A stretch of DNA of 64,000 nt from Candidatus Omnitrophota bacterium (GTDB taxonomy: Bacteria > Omnitrophota > Gorgyraeia > Zapsychrales > JAKLDJ01). The translations under genes were made by a program, and so were the position numbers. The notes below the pieces were generated by a model. That model did no database searches, was not told the origin of the DNA, and was given only the letters and a program-made list of their open reading frames with translations. Positions within the stretch are counted from its first letter, which is position 1. Every line of letters begins with the position of its first letter. Location: the NCBI GenBank assembly GCA_022703585.1, contig JAKLDJ010000001.1:740006-804005 (forward strand), given 5' to 3'. Below, in pieces: positions 63,934 through 64,000 of this stretch.

Positions 63934-64000
63934 ATGACCTTAAGTATTATTTTGCTTATTATTCTTGCCCTGGTTTTTGATTTCTTAAACGGATTTCATG
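63934..64000 (+). CDS. Inorganic phosphate transporter, PiT family (5' fragment; continues beyond window)
   Basis: MTLSIILLIILALVFDFLNGFH matches the PitA N-terminus (...FDFxNGFHD). Confidence 0.6.
   Translation, partial: MTLSIILLIILALVFDFLNGFH

Noticed and set aside
1-64000. CRISPR arrays, transposases, restriction-modification or toxin-antitoxin modules
   Set aside because: No periodic repeat-spacer pattern was seen. No transposase, integrase, methyltransferase-endonuclease pair or small toxin/antitoxin pair is recognisable in any frame.

Overview
This 64 kb window is a gene-dense, almost entirely plus-strand segment of a bacterial chromosome (about 62 of 64 genes on +, roughly 45% GC). 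The organism looks Gram-negative: it has BamA, Skp, the LpxD-LpxC/FabZ-LpxA-LpxI lipid A genes and a PpiD-like chaperone. It nevertheless keeps Firmicute-like local gene orders: ywlC-ywlE-rpiB-glyA, ispE-spoVG-glmU-prs-ctc-pth and rpsF-ssb-rpsR-rplI-dnaB.

Content is mostly housekeeping. There is a partial purine-biosynthesis operon (purB-purC-purSL-LOG-purQ-purM-purD-purE), followed by translation and replication genes, a lipid A cluster, a small polysaccharide-modification cluster (GT9-GT4-deacetylase-methyltransferase), one tRNA-Gln(UUG) and several candidate sigma70 promoters and hairpin terminators. I found no CRISPR array, transposase, integrase or obvious defence island.

The points most worth follow-up are:
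- a response regulator with a degenerate GGDEF domain (GGDDF) fused to a tandem MshEN-type c-di-GMP-binding motif;
- a YchF-like GTPase paralogue with both the Walker-A serine and the G3 glycine substituted;
- a Macro-Nudix fusion;
- a tri-domain acyl-activating enzyme-ACP-PlsC acyltransferase;
- a TsaC-low-molecular-weight tyrosine phosphatase fusion;
- an ABC-F translation factor followed immediately by an Smr nuclease gene;
- a GC-rich, highly structured 270 nt intergenic region after dinB that is more likely RNA than protein;
- a heptanucleotide tandem repeat inside purL;
- a SpoVG with a zinc-ribbon tail;
- small unannotated ORFs with strong ribosome-binding sites, including a bS22-like 33-aa basic peptide and a Met/Cys-rich mini membrane protein behind a consensus promoter.

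All calls come from reading the translated ORFs and the DNA directly; no database searches were run.
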